A stretch of 64,000 nucleotides of DNA from the IMG/VR virus record IMGVR_UViG_3300032285_004054, positions 154,401 to 218,400 of that record; one strand, written 5' to 3'. Within the stretch, counting starts at the first letter, position 1; each line of letters begins with the position of its first letter. Below, piece by piece: positions 38,551 through 46,610 of this stretch. The position numbers and the translations under genes are program-made. The notes under the pieces were generated by a model that was not told where the DNA came from, did no database searches, and saw only the letters and a program-made list of their open reading frames with translations.

Positions 38551-38772
38551 TTAATCTTTCCTATGGGACTTCTTCCACCATTTGCACCAGGCACTAGGCT
38601 TAATGTCCCCGCTAACAGCAGAACATTTATTTGGTGATCTCCACATTGTACATTGATCACATCGCTGTCCCTTAACAGTGTGAGCTACATAACCCGCTTC
38701 TGCTTTAGAGTGTTTTGCTTTAGCTTCACTTAACATCTCTAAAGCTAATTTTATAACTTTATCGAAGCTCAT
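38551..38772 (-). CDS. HiPIP-like [4Fe-4S] domain protein with capsid-targeting-like N-terminus
   Basis: AGY...CDQC...C...GDIKPSAWCKWW matches the HiPIP Cys/aromatic pattern. Confidence 0.75.
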   Translation of the reverse strand: MSFDKVIKLALEMLSEAKAKHSKAEAGYVAHTVKGQRCDQCTMWRSPNKCSAVSGDIKPSAWCKWWKKSHRKD

Positions 38773-39203
38773 CCGCCTTGCTGTGCTGCCTTCATATATG
38801 AATGAAGTTGTTCGATATCCTTAGGTATAGCTTTTTTAATAACTTCAGGAATTGGTTTACTTAATAACAATAATGATTGTGCGTAATCTTTAGCTGTATC
38901 TCTATCTTTTGAAATAGCTATAATTTCGTGTGTAGTAAGTTGAGCACCATTTATATATTTACGATACGCTCTTTCAGCGTCATAACGTGTATTATCTTCT
39001 TTTGGTGTGTGAGGTTTGGCAACTTCTTCTGTTTCACCTGGACCTCTAGGGTTAGGCTCTTCAGGGTTTCCAGCAGGTCTAGCTTTAGCAGGATGTGCTA
39101 AACCTAATGAAGCAGCCATGGCTGCAGTTGCCATAGCTTTTGAAAAAGGTCCTTCTTGAACCAATTCATATGCTTCTGTTATTTTTTGTATATCTTTACT
39201 CAT
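38769..39203 (-). CDS. Putative internal virion protein
   Basis: KITEAYELVQEG followed by hydrophobic MATAAMAASLGLA. Confidence 0.55.
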   Translation of the reverse strand: MSKDIQKITEAYELVQEGPFSKAMATAAMAASLGLAHPAKARPAGNPEEPNPRGPGETEEVAKPHTPKEDNTRYDAERAYRKYINGAQLTTHEIIAISKDRDTAKDYAQSLLLLSKPIPEVIKKAIPKDIEQLHSYMKAAQQGG

Positions 39204-39204
39204 A

Positions 39205-39459
39205 TTAATCTTTATTTACTACGCTGTCAAAACCTGCACTCCAGAGATCAGCAGCTTTTTTATTACCGCCTTTATGAGGATTTTCAGGCATAACACCATC
39301 TCTGAGATATCTTCTTCCAGCTAAAGCGCCATGGGCAAAATGATCAGATGCATCTGAGGCTGCGTGATAATCAGTAGGAGTTCTTGACATAAGTTTTTCG
39401 TATTCTTGTCTACTAATAGTATCGTATGCTTCGTTTAAAGCGGTTTCGAATTTCGACAT
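39205..39459 (-). CDS. Putative internal virion protein
   Basis: MSKFETALNEAY; TAAATA 6 nt upstream. Confidence 0.6.
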   Translation of the reverse strand: MSKFETALNEAYDTISRQEYEKLMSRTPTDYHAASDASDHFAHGALAGRRYLRDGVMPENPHKGGNKKAADLWSAGFDSVVNKD

Positions 39460-39482
39460 ATAATATATTTAAGGTTTAATAT

Positions 39483-39532
39483 AAAAAAAGAGACGGTAGA
39501 TCAAGAGGCGACCAAGCCCTCAACCTACCGTC
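39483..39532 (-). terminator. Long hairpin followed by a U-tract
   Basis: GACGGTAG/CTACCGTC outer stem, inner GAGG/CCTC stem, T7 on the minus strand. Confidence 0.6.
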
Positions 39533-39578
39533 ATTTTGCTCTTGTTTAACGTCGTAGCGCTAGCCAACTCAGACGGGT

Positions 39579-39800
39579 CTAAGTACGCTCTATGTTTTTG
39601 TAACGTACCCCTCTGCGTTTCCTTAGTAAAGGCTCCGGACTTGAGACCGGCTTAGTAGCATTAATACGATGTTTTAATCTACACATGAATCTATATACAG
39701 TATCCGGATCAGGCAAGCAAAGAAATAAAAATATTATTAATGGAAACCCCATAAAAACCGCTATACCTTCCAGATACTGTAAAATAGCACTCACTAGCAA
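39579..39800 (-). CDS. Small membrane protein
   Basis: One TM helix plus basic tail. Confidence 0.45.
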   Translation of the reverse strand: MLVSAILQYLEGIAVFMGFPLIIFLFLCLPDPDTVYRFMCRLKHRINATKPVSSPEPLLRKRRGVRYKNIERT

Positions 39801-39809
39801 ATAACGATT

Positions 39810-40775
39810 TTACGTTATAGCATCAATTAATCCACCGAAATTTTCTTCGGTCTCCGGATCAATTATACCTTTTAGTAAATCAGATTCTATTGGATAAAGA
39901 TCATTATACTCGACTACATATTTTTCACTTTTATCTTTAGCAAAATCAGGCTCAACAAGAGCTTGTCGTACGCGATGTCTTGCCCAAGGACTCATTTCCA
40001 CAGCTGGTTTAATGTATGTAGCAAGTTCACCTTTCCATAAATTATCTCTATCACTTCTTAAACAAACTCTATCTCCCTCTTTAAGGTTGTTTCTCCATGT
40101 TTCTAAATCAAAATCCTTACTCTCTGTAACACTTAGTAAATCACTAAATGAATCTTTAGTATCTTTTGTTAATGACTTTCTTAATTCCCAATCAATAGGA
40201 AATAATTTACTTAGATTGTATCTAGTATAGCCTTGAGAGCCATCTATATTGTGACCTTCTTTAACAAGTAAAGCAATATCTCTAAAACTATCAACTACTT
40301 CTAAATATGTAGCTTTAAATCCACGGACAGTAAAAGGTCTAACTTCTACCTTATCGCCTTTCTTTAAGTTACTTCGCCAAGTTCTAAGATATTCGTAATC
40401 CTCTTGAGTCTCTTCTGATACTATATCGATTAAATCGCTAAATGAATTTTCTGTATCCTTAGATAGAGAGTTCTTTAATTCATATTTTTTTAAAGCTTTT
40501 TGTACTTTATCGGTTACAACCTTTCTAACTGTATAGTAACTATCAGGTACATGTAAGCTTCTATACCATTCATCAAAATCTTTCATATGAACAAACCAAC
40601 CATTACCTGATTTAGCATCTCTAGTCCATATAGCAGGTTTTCCGTCTATAATAATATCCCAACAAGGATTCCACATCTGACCTCCCATTAAGGTTTCAAA
40701 AGGACCCTTAACAATCTCTACTTTAAGATCATTAGCTCTTCTTAATTCCTCTAATATAAGATCATTAAATCTCAC
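39810..40775 (-). CDS. Tail-family member: three-module fusion
   Basis: MRFNDLILEE start; tails KYELKNSLSKDTENSFSDLIDI, DWELRKSLTKDTKDSFSDLLSV, IDPETEENFGGLIDAIT. Confidence 0.85.
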   Translation of the reverse strand: MRFNDLILEELRRANDLKVEIVKGPFETLMGGQMWNPCWDIIIDGKPAIWTRDAKSGNGWFVHMKDFDEWYRSLHVPDSYYTVRKVVTDKVQKALKKYELKNSLSKDTENSFSDLIDIVSEETQEDYEYLRTWRSNLKKGDKVEVRPFTVRGFKATYLEVVDSFRDIALLVKEGHNIDGSQGYTRYNLSKLFPIDWELRKSLTKDTKDSFSDLLSVTESKDFDLETWRNNLKEGDRVCLRSDRDNLWKGELATYIKPAVEMSPWARHRVRQALVEPDFAKDKSEKYVVEYNDLYPIESDLLKGIIDPETEENFGGLIDAIT

Positions 40776-40914
40776 GGTTTATTATTTATCAATATCTGCT
40801 CTAGCGCGGCGAGGTTTCTCCTAATTTCCCCGCTTAGTGCATCCGTCTCGGCCCCAAAGTTTTTGAAAATATTTTATACTCTAAATTGAATTCCGATTAT
40901 TAATTCTAGGGAAA

Positions 40915-41199
40915 TTAAAGAATATCTAATAGATCTCCGAACGTCTCGCCTGTCTCCTTGGACAGATGCCGCTTTATATTATGATCTTCTATAGCTTTGG
41001 CAATAGCGTTCTTTACTCCTTGCTTCTTATAGAGTTCAAGTCCCCAAACAGTGAGGTATTGGTTAGTCTCCAAATATCTAAAACCATCTGGCTCCTCGCC
41101 TATTGTTAACTTCTGGCCATCTACCTCCACGTCATAGCCTATATAGCCTTCGTCCTTAAGGTCGTAAGGACCTCTTAAGAATTTTACTTTATAAGACAT
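40915..41199 (-). CDS. Tail-family member
   Basis: Ends HLSKETGETFGDLLDIL. Confidence 0.85.
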   Translation of the reverse strand: MSYKVKFLRGPYDLKDEGYIGYDVEVDGQKLTIGEEPDGFRYLETNQYLTVWGLELYKKQGVKNAIAKAIEDHNIKRHLSKETGETFGDLLDIL

Positions 41200-41542
41200 C
41201 TAAGAACCCTCCGAATGAATCTCTTGTTTCTGGAGACATAGCTTGAAGTGTCTCCCAATTCTTAATAGCTTTAGCTACCGGACCGTTTTCAGTATCTTTT
41301 CCATCCCAAAGGTAAATCTCTGGCATATAAAGAACATAAGGGTATTCACCACGTTCTGGAGTATAAATGACAAAACTATTTCGATCTTCCGTATCCTCTT
41401 TAATATGCATTAACCAGGCACCTTCTATATCTTCGGGAAGTGTATAGCCTCGCTTTAGATACTCATTGATCTCTTCATCGGTAGCCCTTCTTAGGACTTT
41501 ATAGAAGTTACCAGACTCTAGAAAGAACTTGTTAAAGGACAT
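41189..41542 (-). CDS. Tail-family member
   Basis: MSFNKFFLES ... MSPETRDSFGGFLDVL. Confidence 0.85.
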   Translation of the reverse strand: MSFNKFFLESGNFYKVLRRATDEEINEYLKRGYTLPEDIEGAWLMHIKEDTEDRNSFVIYTPERGEYPYVLYMPEIYLWDGKDTENGPVAKAIKNWETLQAMSPETRDSFGGFLDVL

Positions 41543-41906
41543 CTAATAAACCTCCAAATGAATCTTTAGTTTCTTTGTCTACACTATTTAAAAGATTATA
41601 ATCTTCTATAGCCTTGTCTATTTGTTCTCTAAACGGATCATCATAGACGTCGGTATGATTGGGGATAATCTTAGGATAGGGAGGTAGCCAATGCCCTCTA
41701 TAATGACCTGGTGGCCAGCAGTAATAGCATATGCACTCCTTGTCCTTATACTTCATTTGTAGCTTATAGACATTCTCTTCCCAATCTTTTATATCCAGCT
41801 CATTACGAAAGAGATGGGTCATTGGTCCCTCAAGTATCTTTACTTCAATTCCTCTATTATCACCGTAATTGATAAGAGCTTCTTTTATTAATCGATCAAA
41901 GTACAT
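41532..41906 (-). CDS. Tail-family member
   Basis: MYFDRLIKEA ... VDKETKDSFGGLLDVL. Confidence 0.85.
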   Translation of the reverse strand: MYFDRLIKEALINYGDNRGIEVKILEGPMTHLFRNELDIKDWEENVYKLQMKYKDKECICYYCWPPGHYRGHWLPPYPKIIPNHTDVYDDPFREQIDKAIEDYNLLNSVDKETKDSFGGLLDVL

Positions 41907-42312
41907 CTAATAATCCTCCAAATGAATCTCTTGTATCTTTACTTAATCCTTGCTTAAAATTCCATTGATCTATAAGAGCTGGAACTGTTTCACGTAACAT
42001 CTTATTAAGGAATTGAGCTCTCGGGGCTGACTTGTGTTGTCTACCGACCATACGTTTAAACCAAGTAGGTGTTTGAATAACAGTATAATAAGCTGTTGTC
42101 TTCTGAAGCTCTCTATCTTTATCCTCTATCTTCTTAACCCACCAAGTACCTCCTTTACTATCCTTTAAACAAAAGACCTCTTTATAGTCTTTATGTGGAG
42201 GTTGTTCAAGATGAAGCTCACCAGTAAGACTATCCATAAAGCCGGTACCTACAACCTTAAATGTTGTATTCATCCAGTCCAGTTCTTCTAATACTAATTG
42301 ATTAAAGTACAT
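41896..42312 (-). CDS. Tail-family member
   Basis: MYFNQLVLEE ... LSKDTRDSFGGLLDVL. Confidence 0.85.
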   Translation of the reverse strand: MYFNQLVLEELDWMNTTFKVVGTGFMDSLTGELHLEQPPHKDYKEVFCLKDSKGGTWWVKKIEDKDRELQKTTAYYTVIQTPTWFKRMVGRQHKSAPRAQFLNKMLRETVPALIDQWNFKQGLSKDTRDSFGGLLDVL

Positions 42313-42664
42313 CTAATAATCCTCCGAATGTTTTCTTTGTATCATTACTTAATAGCTTTCTAAACTCCCAATCATTAATAGCATCAGGAACTAACCCGGA
42401 GAACCCCATAAAGGTTACATCTCCGCTATCATGAATGTTGTAGCTAGTATATCCTTCCTTCTCGTTATCTTTAAACCGTACAACAAGACGCGGCCAATAC
42501 CCAGGTCTATTACCATCATCGTCTACCACCCAGGCACCTTTTATATACTCTTCCCTTACCCAGCGATAGCCATAACCGTATATCCTCTGAAGATCTTCTT
42601 CTGTAGCGTCCCGAACGACGTGATACTTCTCTAAAGCTTCTAATACTATTTGATTAAAGTACAT
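42302..42664 (-). CDS. Tail-family member
   Basis: MYFNQIVLEA ... LSNDTKKTFGGLLDVL. Confidence 0.85.
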   Translation of the reverse strand: MYFNQIVLEALEKYHVVRDATEEDLQRIYGYGYRWVREEYIKGAWVVDDDGNRPGYWPRLVVRFKDNEKEGYTSYNIHDSGDVTFMGFSGLVPDAINDWEFRKLLSNDTKKTFGGLLDVL

Positions 42665-42995
42665 CTAATAATCCTCCGAAAGTTTCTCTTGTATCCTTTG
42701 ATAAGGATTGTTTTAATTCCCAATCTTTCATAGCTTTAATAATAAGGCTATCAAGTGTATCAATATCAATACCGAATAGCTTTTTACATTGATCTCGTTC
42801 ATATACAGCATTATCCGGATCAATTCCTGAAGTATTTAAACCATCGAGATAAAGCATACATTGATCATCTTTGACATAACGAAAGAAACACTTCTTACCA
42901 TTTACAGTTATATTATAATGAAGGTCTCCGATAGCCCAATCTGGAAGATCTTTGTCTTCTATAACATTAATAATCTTAATAGAAGGTTGTTTCAT
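42654..42995 (-). CDS. Tail-family member (no N-terminal CTS)
   Basis: Ends DWELKQSLSKDTRETFGGLLDVL. Confidence 0.85.
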   Translation of the reverse strand: MKQPSIKIINVIEDKDLPDWAIGDLHYNITVNGKKCFFRYVKDDQCMLYLDGLNTSGIDPDNAVYERDQCKKLFGIDIDTLDSLIIKAMKDWELKQSLSKDTRETFGGLLDVL

Positions 42996-43003
42996 ATAGG
43001 CTA

Positions 43004-43540
43004 TTAGAGGGCGTCTAGGAAGTCCTTAAATGATCCTTGAGTCTTAGTATCGGTTTGTCCTAGAGCTAAGAAGTTCTTTTCTTTATGTTTTATCCACCAG
43101 TTTACTAGCTTATCTAGCTTCTCGGCAAATGCGTAATGATAACCTTTCTGCCTCCATACTGGATCCTCTGTATTATTATCATAATGAACGAAGTAACTTA
43201 TATATGGATATAAAACATTCGGTACCCAAGAGGCAGCTGCAGCAATATGGGTAGGTCCTGTTTCATCTTCAAGTCTTCTAGTATCATCAATACAAGTCAT
43301 ATAATATGTCTTTGTATCTGTCCATGTAGCAAGCTCCCTAGTCTTATGTAATATACCATTAGGTTCAGCCTCCTTCGGTAGTCCTTCTTTAATGTCATAT
43401 ATCTCAAAGTTATGAAAGGGCATTGAATCAACCTCATCCGTTGACCAGACCGATCGTTCAAAGCCTTGCTTTCTATCGGGGTTTCTTGATCGAGGTACAT
43501 TAGCTACTAGAGCCTCTTTGAAGTAATCTTTAAATGACAT
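43004..43540 (-). CDS. Tail-family member
   Basis: MSFKDYFKEA ... TDTKTQGSFKDFLDAL. Confidence 0.8.
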   Translation of the reverse strand: MSFKDYFKEALVANVPRSRNPDRKQGFERSVWSTDEVDSMPFHNFEIYDIKEGLPKEAEPNGILHKTRELATWTDTKTYYMTCIDDTRRLEDETGPTHIAAAASWVPNVLYPYISYFVHYDNNTEDPVWRQKGYHYAFAEKLDKLVNWWIKHKEKNFLALGQTDTKTQGSFKDFLDAL

Positions 43541-43877
43541 CGATTAAACCTCCAAATGATTGTTCAGTATCCTTTGATAGATTGTTTTTTAATTCCCAAG
43601 ATATAAGCTGTTTGTATATAGGAAAGTCCGGATAGATATACCCTTCAAAGCCATAATTAGGTAAGCTATACACCATTAAGTTTTCATTGTTAAGATCTTC
43701 AAATAAGTCCTTACAACGTATGACTAGAACATCAGATACATCGGTATAGTTTCTAATTACCCATCCTCTAGTTAATTTTAAATCCTCATCATATTGAGAA
43801 GATAAACCATCGAGTATTTTCTGAGGAGCTAATTCTATCTTCTCCTTCTTTGATTCGTAGAATAACTTAAATGACAT
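43530..43877 (-). CDS. Tail-family member
   Basis: MSFKLFYES ... LSKDTEQSFGGLIDVI. Confidence 0.85.
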   Translation of the reverse strand: MSFKLFYESKKEKIELAPQKILDGLSSQYDEDLKLTRGWVIRNYTDVSDVLVIRCKDLFEDLNNENLMVYSLPNYGFEGYIYPDFPIYKQLISWELKNNLSKDTEQSFGGLIDVI

Positions 43878-44265
43878 CTAGTAGCCCTCCGAAAGTATCT
43901 CTTGTCTTATCTGGTAGATGCCTCCTTTGTTCAAAGTCATCTATAGCCTTAACTACTCTCCTACCTTCTTCTCTATAGGCTGGTATATCCCGCTCGGTAA
44001 AGGCACCACATCTATCCATACCTTCTAAAGTATAAACATCATAACCTTTTACATACGTAATAGATCTTATAGCAATATATCTAGCAATATATCTATCAGT
44101 TCCTGATTCCTTCTTTATAGTAAGAAGATAGAGAGGGTCATCTTTTCTCCAAGGATACTTCCTACGAAAGACCCCCTCATACCCCTCAGGCACTGCTTCT
44201 ACAGTTATATTATCTCTTTGAAGCTTATAAGGCTCTTTAGATTCGTAGAATAACTTAAATGACAT
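43867..44265 (-). CDS. Tail-family member
   Basis: MSFKLFYES ... LPDKTRDTFGGLLDVI. Confidence 0.85.
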   Translation of the reverse strand: MSFKLFYESKEPYKLQRDNITVEAVPEGYEGVFRRKYPWRKDDPLYLLTIKKESGTDRYIARYIAIRSITYVKGYDVYTLEGMDRCGAFTERDIPAYREEGRRVVKAIDDFEQRRHLPDKTRDTFGGLLDVI

Positions 44266-44608
44266 CTAATAGACCTCCAAATGAATCTTTAGTATCGTCT
44301 GATAGATTATTTTTAAACTCCCATTTCTTAATAGCTTTAGCAAGAGGTGAGTTTATATCCTCATGACTAATAAGGTCAATAGTGTTAGGGTCTAATGTGT
44401 AAATTGAATATGTCTTCCAGTCAGGAATATATGCTACAATAACCTGTCCTTCATCATAGTCATCGTTCATATAAACGATCCATGCCTGTTCAATATCTCC
44501 CTTCTCCGTATCAAGATCTCTTGTAAGATCTTTAAGTTCTTTCTTTGTAAATCTTCTAAGAACTTTGTATGAGTCGTTTGACTCTGTAAAAAATTGTTTA
44601 AATGACAT
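44255..44608 (-). CDS. Tail-family member (first in the array)
   Basis: MSFKQFFTES ... LSDDTKDSFGGLLDVI. Confidence 0.85.
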   Translation of the reverse strand: MSFKQFFTESNDSYKVLRRFTKKELKDLTRDLDTEKGDIEQAWIVYMNDDYDEGQVIVAYIPDWKTYSIYTLDPNTIDLISHEDINSPLAKAIKKWEFKNNLSDDTKDSFGGLLDVI

Positions 44609-44628
44609 CTATCTATCTCCTTGATAGA

Positions 44629-44823
44629 TTATTTAAGAGTCTTTATTTCATTCCCTATCTCTACTATATACTCACCTATCTTAGACATGCCGAGCTCCTT
44701 GGTTAGGCTCTGCTTCTCCCTTAGTATTCTAACGATAGTCTCTAGCTTACCTAGATAGTCTTCTAATGTAAGCCCGGATAGATCTTCCTTTAGATAGCCT
44801 GATACAATTTCATTAAACTTCAT
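44629..44823 (-). CDS. Small late protein with CTS-like N-terminus
   Basis: MKFNEIVSGYLKED; TAAATA 7 nt upstream. Confidence 0.6.
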   Translation of the reverse strand: MKFNEIVSGYLKEDLSGLTLEDYLGKLETIVRILREKQSLTKELGMSKIGEYIVEIGNEIKTLK

Positions 44824-44859
44824 AGTCTATTATTTAGTCTATGAACAGGTTTAATAGTA

Positions 44860-45411
44860 TTAGGATTCCCTCTTTATAATAGTTAATCCGTTGTTGTTAG
44901 TGTAGGTACAAACCTCTTTCCATTCCTTATGATTAGAAAGGAAGAGCTTAATAGCTGGTACCAAACCAATCCTTCCCTCTACAGTTGATCCATCCTCATT
45001 AACCGTTCCGAAAGTAATAGTATCATGGAACAGTATATACTTCTTAACCTTACTATGATGTCTCTCAAGTTCTCCTAATACCTGATCGTATGTATGCAGA
45101 GTATCTATAAAGAGCATATCTACTTCCTCTAGATCATACTCCAAGGTACTAGCTTGATCAAAGCGCATATTAACATTCTCTCTCTTACATTCTTCCTTAA
45201 AGATATCGATATTGTAATTCGTATTAATATCTACGCATATAAGCTTCTTAGGATTAGCCTTAGCTAGGGCATAAGAGCTAACTACATTACGTACACCAAA
45301 CTCAGCTATTGTTTCACACTCCCTAGCGTATGTGTAAAGGGTCTCCAGATGTTCATTAATATCTGAAGGTGTATATCTTCTTTCGTTGTACCTTGAATCT
45401 ATAATACTCAT
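44860..45411 (-). CDS. Class I SAM methyltransferase (Methyltransf_24-like)
   Basis: IAEFGVR, CVDI, FIDTLH, FHDT. Confidence 0.8.
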   Translation of the reverse strand: MSIIDSRYNERRYTPSDINEHLETLYTYARECETIAEFGVRNVVSSYALAKANPKKLICVDINTNYNIDIFKEECKRENVNMRFDQASTLEYDLEEVDMLFIDTLHTYDQVLGELERHHSKVKKYILFHDTITFGTVNEDGSTVEGRIGLVPAIKLFLSNHKEWKEVCTYTNNNGLTIIKRES

Positions 45412-45467
45412 TTAATAGAATTTATACTAGTCTTTTATATAGTGCTAGTATCTATTAAATGTTTATA

Positions 45468-45656
45468 TTACTTTTCTTTATCTTGCTTTACAGTTACTAC
45501 TAAGTTAACCGGCTGGCTATTCTCTTTATCAAATACTATACCACCATGGGTATGATTAAGTCCTGCTACAATTGCTCCTGTTATATCAAAGAATGTATAA
45601 GCTATACAGAAGTAAATTAGGAAGTTCTTTAGCGTTAATTCTCTTAGAAAGTTCAT
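45468..45656 (-). CDS. Small membrane protein
   Basis: One TM helix; TAAATA 7 nt upstream. Confidence 0.5.
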   Translation of the reverse strand: MNFLRELTLKNFLIYFCIAYTFFDITGAIVAGLNHTHGGIVFDKENSQPVNLVVTVKQDKEK

Positions 45657-45854
45657 ATAGAACTATTTAAGGTATTTGAAAGGATTTTATTCCGGATTTT
45701 GTTCCTTCCTCATCGATAGTCAGGCATGGAGCCTCTTCTACCGACCAGCTCGTGCTTAATCAATACATCAGGATCAAAGCTTACCATAGGTCTTTGGCTC
45801 CCCTGAACTAGATAGAGTCTATAAGCATCACCAACGAGCAATTCGACTCTACCT

Positions 45855-46025
45855 CCCTCTAGGATTATACCTACAACTAGAGGGTATTAATTTGTTTGAC
45901 CGGGGTGGTTAATCCATCCTGATGCACCGGTTGATAAAGGCCTTTTAGAGCAACCTAGTCACGCGCACGTACGGTAGCTCTTTCGATCGAGCCTGCGAAC
46001 GGTCAAAATGTTTTAAAGGCCTAAG
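45855..46025. ncRNA. Candidate structured non-coding RNA
   Basis: GC-rich and ORF-free; TTTGACCG/CGGTCAAA closing helix plus internal stems. Confidence 0.4.
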
Positions 46026-46043
46026 CCATCATAGTCCTCCATA

Positions 46044-46247
46044 TTAATATCGTCCATGTCTCTTATCATAGGTAGCAAAAGGATCAGAGTCTACAATGGT
46101 TACCAGGACCCAGGCCGCTATACAATTCCAAAAGGTATAATGAATATTGGTATGGAATAGATAATTGATTGCCCAGATACCGAGCCAGATGTCTAGAACT
46201 CGATAGATGATATAGTAGATGCCTCGTACTAGTTCGTTCCGTTCCAT
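46044..46247 (-). CDS. Small membrane protein
   Basis: Likely start MERNELVRG; two hydrophobic segments. Confidence 0.5.
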   Translation of the reverse strand: MERNELVRGIYYIIYRVLDIWLGIWAINYLFHTNIHYTFWNCIAAWVLVTIVDSDPFATYDKRHGRY

Positions 46248-46412
46248 ATTACTTCCTCTTCTTACCTGCGTCCGATCGTTGGGCACGATAGGCTCCTACC
46301 TTAGATCCCTTTGGTACTCCGGCCGATAGTTGAGTACGAAGATACTTGGCCGTATTATAACGAACCAATGATCCACCTTTACAGATTTTGTTCTTTGTTG
46401 TTGCCATACAGA

Positions 46413-46610
46413 TTAGATATTATAGGCGTTATCGATAACGGCAAGGTAATAACCATCTAGATCTACCTCCCACCTATCTACCTTTGTATTCTTTACTAGG
46501 TTATGAACCTTATACCTATCATCATTAGAGTAGATATTGACAATGACCTCCTTGTCTAGCTCCTCCTCTGGTACCTCTGAGAGCTTATTCTTTAGATCCC
46601 TATAGGTCAT
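46413..46610 (-). CDS. Hypothetical early protein
   Basis: MTYRDLKNKL, similar to 48012-48203 (MTYKQLLNEL). Confidence 0.6.
   Translation of the reverse strand: MTYRDLKNKLSEVPEEELDKEVIVNIYSNDDRYKVHNLVKNTKVDRWEVDLDGYYLAVIDNAYNI

Larger units (their letters stand above)
41189..44290 (-). repeat. Imperfect direct repeats at array gene junctions (TT[TC]GGAGGNYTAYTAGATGTNNTTTRA)
   Basis: Exact copies: 31 nt at 42298-42328 and 42650-42680; 29 nt at 43852-43880 and 44240-44268; eight 11-bp gene overlaps. Confidence 0.9.

Noticed and set aside
40801-40857. tmRNA 5' end (minus strand GGGGCCGAGACGG) in a GC-rich intergenic patch
   Set aside because: No TTCGAC, no tag ORF and no T-arm/CCA 3' end within range; probably a short hairpin or processing site.
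41532-44290. Tail conserved only because it encodes a Shine-Dalgarno
   Set aside because: The motif spans ~22 aa beyond the GGAGG and is retained with other codons in members with no downstream overlap.
39810-44608. CRISPR array, diversity-generating retroelement or integron
   Set aside because: Repeats are imperfect and separated by 280-540 bp coding cores; no cas, reverse transcriptase, template/variable repeat pair, integrase or attC palindromes in the window.
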